This document shows, piece after piece, positions 22,086 to 24,942 of a stretch of DNA of 24,942 nt. Source of the DNA: Vicugna vicugna (lineage: Eukaryota); contig MU058528.1 in assembly GCA_013265495.1 (NCBI GenBank), forward strand, positions 310,001 to 334,942. The letters run 5' to 3'. The notes under the pieces are model-generated. The model was not told the origin of the DNA and did no database searches. It saw nothing but the letters and a program-made list of their open reading frames with translations. How positions within the stretch are numbered: position 1 is the stretch's first letter; every line of letters starts with the position of its first letter. The position numbers were made by a program, and so were the translations under genes.

Positions 22086-22904
22086 CACAGGGATTTTACT
22101 TTTCCTAAACACCTTAAAACGTGCATCACGTAACATATGCCCTGGCGGGCTCATATGCAAGGCTAAGGCTGAGATGAAAAGGACCAGCCTTGCAGTCTGC
22201 TGACGCGGGCGTAGCAGTTGTACTTCGCTCTGGATGGAGACTGTGTGTCTGTGAAGATGCTTAATTGAAAATATATTGATTTCAGTAACACACGGCTGAC
22301 ATGAACACCTCCGCCCTGACCTCTGGTGGTTTCCCATGATGCAGATCTCTTTTACTAGAGCGGGTCCGGTAAGTATTATTTCAGAGGAACATCTGAGCTG
22401 CTTGCTGGGTTCTAAGTACTATGAATCAGTACCCATTCTGTAAAGGGTCCAGGGAAGCAATGAAAAAGACATTACTAATTTTACTAAAATAAGAATTAAT
22501 TTTTAAAAGGCATTAGTCTAGTGACATAAGATTAAATCCTTGCCCTTAATATCCCCACAACAAATTCAGAAATGGTGCAGTCTTTTCAAACCATTGTTCA
22601 GGGGTAGGTCAAAATGGCATTGATAGAGCCTTCAAAGTCTCTGAAAGCTTCCTCTAAGTGTGTTTATTCCAGGAATACTTAAACTTAGACATCAGTTGCA
22701 GCCCTGCATCCTTTCCCCAAGAATTCAGACACTCTCCCTGGACAATTTCAACCCTCTAACTTGCTGAAGATTGTTAGGCAAAAACAAGTGACCACCCTTA
22801 GAGAGAAGCTACCTGACTTTTATTTCTGCAGAGATTTGAATATTGCATCTGAAGTCCTTACACCACCACGGGGTGCAGGTTGGGGGACATTTAGGATTAA
22901 CCTT

Positions 22905-23055
22905 GCCTCCCATCTTCCTTCCCTTCTTTTTCTCACTTCTTCTTTTGCTCTTTCTCACTCTCTTGCTCTCACTTTCTGCCTCTCTTTCTCTCAGGCTATC
23001 TTTCTCTCTTTTTATTTCTCTTGCTTTCTCTGTATCTTTTTCCTTTCATTCTTTG
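22905..23055. repeat. Pyrimidine-rich (CT) low-complexity tract
   Basis: About 150 bp that is mostly C/T, with recurring ctctttctc and ctcactt units. Confidence 0.85.
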
Positions 23056-23696
23056 AATTAAAAAGAGATAAACAGTTCTTTCTGAAATGTTTTGCTTAGC
23101 AGCTTAACACTTGACCTTGTACTAGCTGACTAAATATTCTCTTGGAGGATGGTTTAAGCATTACAGAAGTACATGGAAGGCACTCAGACAAAATCTGTCC
23201 TGTCTTTAGATAATGAATAAGTGTGTTTTGTAATTTGAAAAAAAAATAATGAAATGTAAGCAATAACTCATTAAAAGTGTAATTTTTTTTCTTCCTCTAA
23301 ACTTTCTATTTCTTGGAAAGACCATTGGATATAATTTTGTGCTGTTGTGTAAATCCTGGCAGGTGCTGGGCTCTGTATGACGGGCAATCACCTACATTAA
23401 TCAAGTAAAACTTTGTAAATGGCTCTCACCAGTTTGCTCCAACATCATGCTGACTTAAGAAGCCCTTTTCCATGACATAGCTGTTTTCTCAACATAGTCT
23501 TCTGAATTTCTTAATCTTTTGGGCGTAAAACATCTCACTGAAAGTTAACTAAATAATTTTCTAAAACATTTTTTTTCTTCTGAAGTGATAGAAAGAATTT
23601 CTGTTCACTAACAGGAAGTTAGTACATTTTTAAAGAAAAAAGACTGTACAGCTACTAAATGGCCTAACTGTAATCAAAATAAATTCCAGCACATTT

Positions 23697-23710
23697 CCAC
23701 CAGATGGCAC
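23697..23710 (+). promoter_or_regulatory. CTCF core motif
   Basis: CCACCAGATGGCAC matches CCASYAGRKGGCRS at all 14 positions and lies in apparently non-repeat DNA. Confidence 0.6.
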
Positions 23711-24942
23711 CCACCTTTTGAACTTTGGAAAGATTCTGAAAGCTGGGGAAAACCTCTCATTTTAAAAATGGGATTGGTTCTAGAAAAAATTTTGTCAGTG
23801 AGATGGAATTAATAGACAATAATACTTAAATTCTTCTAAGATTCTGCTAAAATAAAATGCATGATTAAATGATATGTTTAATTTGGGAAAATTAAGTTTA
23901 TGTAAATAAAGCCAATTCCAGCTTAACTGGAACTCCCCAGGACTTAAGTTCCACTAAGTTTTAATTTTCTTATGACCTTCTAACCAGCTCTCATTTTGAG
24001 TGCCTCTTTTAACTTTTCAGAAAGCACAGCAAACAAGTACATTTAGCAACTGAGTGTCCTAAATGAAGACTTGATTTAATTTAGAAATCAATCATCAACT
24101 TGCCAATCAAAATTCTTAGGTAAACACTTTAACATTTTGTCCCAAACCATACAATTGGCCGTGTGGATCTTCCAAGTTAAACAGCAGGAGGCCAGTGCTG
24201 CTGGCTGTACACTGCCTGTCCATGCGTGTGGCTCTTTCTGAATCCCTGGCTGAATTCGAACACTAGCTTTGTTGCTCTTCTGTGGTGACCTTTTCATTTG
24301 GATCAGGGCATGAAATGCCTTATCAGATGTCCCCCCCAACACAATCAGTCAGTGGAAGAGCGTCCCATTTCACAGTCCTGTGTTTACTCAAGATGCTAAT
24401 TTTTGCTGAGTAGCATCCAGATTGGATGATGTCCTTTGTTTTTCTTAGAGTTTTATTCACTGATGATAAACAACCACACTGAGAACTCAGGAACACATCT
24501 TCGTCATTTAGAGAAAACAAGAGCCAGTGAGAGAGATCGCTCTAAAAATACACATTTGAGGCCACAAGATAAGGCTTCTTGTGCCACTTGCTGCTCATAT
24601 GCGACACGTAGCCTATGTCCTGAGGCTGGTAGATTCAGTGAAGCTACAGAAGACTCTTACGGAGAAGGGAGGGGACCCAGTACAAGACTGACCGACAGCT
24701 GGAACTAGGAAGGATGTTCAGAAGTGGTTTCTACGACATGCGCCTTATATTTACTTAAAAGTGAGATGTTCACATCTTCCCACAATCCCCTGCATATGGA
24801 TGCCCAGTTTGATAATAATTTTTTTCCTTATCTCTGAATTTGCTCAAGACCAAGATAAAATTAGTATCTCACCTTATGAGACAAAATGCAAAAAAGAGAG
24901 AAATTTAAAATTTTTGTAGTGATGTTCTTTCAGTAATTCTTA

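Noticed and set aside
22761..23099. Hydrophobic L/F/S-rich ORFs resembling membrane proteins
   Set aside because: Produced by the CT low-complexity tract.
24088..24708. Cluster of 65-90 aa ORFs at the right end
   Set aside because: No recognisable homology and no convincing paired splice sites; lengths are consistent with chance.
1..24942. Prokaryotic-style system (CRISPR array, operon, defence island) or intact ERV/L1 ORFs
   Set aside because: No repeat-spacer array and no long ORFs; the sequence is mammalian repeat-rich non-coding DNA.

Overview
AT-rich mammalian (eutherian) genomic DNA, not prokaryotic or viral. A short tRNA-derived SINE at ~17683-17780 and the L1 3' ends point to a camelid, or at least a cetartiodactyl. 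No protein-coding gene is recognisable. The listed ORFs are short, and most are explained by repeats, low-complexity sequence or the N gap. Much of the window is interspersed repeats recognised by eye from remembered consensus sequences, so family names and boundaries are approximate. These are L2, MIR, L3/CR1, old L1M and younger L1 copies (two 5'-inverted, two nested in older repeats), MER41-like and ERV1-like solo LTRs, and MLT1 LTRs. There is one 444-N gap flanked by poly-T. The most interesting non-repeat signal is in the first 3.2 kb: two candidate minus-strand exons (1768-1601, 378-242) splice in frame into a short protein start with a hydrophobic signal/anchor-like segment, downstream of a CpG-retaining IRF/STAT/ETS motif cluster (~3021-3122). 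Other points of note are a strong CTCF motif at 23697 and a (CCAAGG)n microsatellite inside a MIR that creates tandem NR5A-type sites. I found no support for a novel multi-gene system.
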